A program made the translations under genes and the position numbers. Shown piece after piece: positions 62,644 through 64,000 of a stretch of DNA of 64,000 nt (positions are counted from its first letter, which is position 1; every line of letters starts with the position of its first letter). Source of the stretch: Vicugna vicugna (lineage: Eukaryota); the NCBI GenBank assembly GCA_013265495.1, contig MU058384.1, positions 805,622 to 869,621 on the forward strand, in the 5' to 3' direction. Below the pieces are notes generated by a model. It did not search any database, had not been told where the DNA came from, and was given only the letters and a program-made list of their open reading frames with translations.

Positions 62644-62684
62644 AGAAGTCCAGAAATCAGGAGTCCAGAAATCAGAAGTCCAGA
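62644..62684. repeat. 15-bp tandem repeat, about 2.7 copies
   Basis: agaagtccagaaatc / aggagtccagaaatc / agaagtccaga. Confidence 0.85.
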
Positions 62685-62921
62685 GCCGGACTACAGACTT
62701 AGAGGTGAAATCTGATTATTCTAATCAGAGACCGTTGTTCTCTTCCCATGCTTCATATAAATCCTGTGGGATTTGGGCCAGATGACTCCTCATATCTGGA
62801 AGGAACTGAAAGTGCTACAAATAAATTTGGTTTCAATTTGGTGAAAGAGAAGCTCTTAAGAAATTCTCATTTTCACATGTAGGTTAGTTTCTACGGAGTG
62901 TGCAAAACAAAATAAAATCCA

Positions 62922-63245
62922 ATGTGAATGAATAGGTGGAGCACAGGAGACTTTTCAGGCAGTAAAAATATTCTGTATGATACTATGATGATGGATATAT
63001 GTCATTATACACTTGCCCAAACCCATAATATATACAACACCAAAAGTGAACACTAAGGTAAACCATGGACTTTGAATGGTTATGTTGTGAAAATCTACGT
63101 TCATTAGTTGTAACAAATGTATCACTCTGGTGGAGAATGGGGGAAGTTATGCATGTGTTGAGGGCAGGGGATATATGGGAAATCTCTGTATCTTCCTCTC
63201 AATTTTGCTATGGACCTTAAACCCCTCTAAAAAAAATAGTTTTAA
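62922..63245 (+). mobile_element. L1MC1-like 3' terminus
   Basis: 'gaataggtggagcacaggagacttttcaggcagtaaaaatattctgtatgatactatgatgatggata...aattttgctatggaccttaaacccctctaaaaaaa'. Confidence 0.88.
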
Positions 63246-64000
63246 AACACACCCCAAACCTGTAACAATAAGATAATCAGAGACAAATTAACATTCCAAA
63301 GAAATTGTTTGGAATTAGCAAACTGTGATTGCATTATTTGGTTAAAGATTCATTTTGTTATGTTACCTGTCACTAAACCTAATTACCAGGTGGTGGAAAA
63401 TAGTTCCATTGCCGAATCTGTCAAAATGATCTCAGTGTATAACAACAAAGTCTATCACCACGGCTATTAAACAAGAATAGGAACATCAAACGCAGCAAAG
63501 AAAAGCTGTAGACTAACAATCCACCCTTACTGTAAAACTCAGAGGAGCTATGATGGAAGCATATTTTGAAACTTAGTTAATATAAATTCCCTTATTTTTA
63601 TACCTACAAAAATCTACATTTTCAGTGCATATGCATACACATACTGCCACACATATATGTATTTAGTTCATTAGTATACACATACACACATGCACACTTA
63701 TATACAAAGGGCTCTCAACGTCCAACATCCCTTATTTTTTTAATCAGTTTCATACATATTTTCAGCTGTTTCAAAATTGTTAACTCATACCCCCATGAGA
63801 AATGACTTTACTAAGCAGACTACAGTTCTTGTAGACAGTACCTTTTGTCATCAGACTTACAGTATCCAGTCATTTTTTAAAACTTACTGAGATCAGCACC
63901 CCTCTTTTTGCCACCTTCAATGTTGTTGTGTAACATATTCTTAAGAGATATTTTTGCCACAGTCTGAAATCAATCTAGAAATCCCCCACCCTCCTTGTGG

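Noticed and set aside
25650..63245. Inverted L1MC1-like pair forming long-range dsRNA
   Set aside because: The copies are about 37 kb apart and substantially diverged, which is expected for abundant repeats.

Overview
AT-rich placental mammal nuclear DNA, probably from a camelid (alpaca/llama/camel). This rests on a Vic-1-type tRNA-derived SINE and young L1 3' ends of camelid type. I cannot support any intact protein-coding gene, RNA gene or CpG-island promoter, so the window looks like a large intron or gene desert. The ORF-track entries are repeat-derived or chance. Much of the sequence is interspersed repeat: L1 of several ages, L2, MIR, MLT1 LTRs, a Tigger2-type MITE and MER58. At 27.9-31.0 kb a decayed class I ERV (3' LTR, PPT, env, end of integrase) abuts an ERV-L pol remnant on the opposite strand. 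Several unique stretches have enhancer-like motif clusters. The observations most worth following up are: (1) a young, CpG-rich, poly(A)-tailed cellular RNA retrocopy inside an old L1 at 46.3-46.7 kb; (2) a candidate 6-nt microexon with an SRRM4-type context at 22.94 kb on the minus strand; (3) an env fossil whose furin site, ISD and CX6CC motifs can be reconstructed; (4) an L1 with ORF1 fused directly to the ORF2 C-terminus; (5) two tiny TSD-flanked retro-insertions. I found no convincing new multi-gene system. Repeat family names come from recalled consensus sequences and need RepeatMasker/Dfam confirmation. Most boundaries are approximate.
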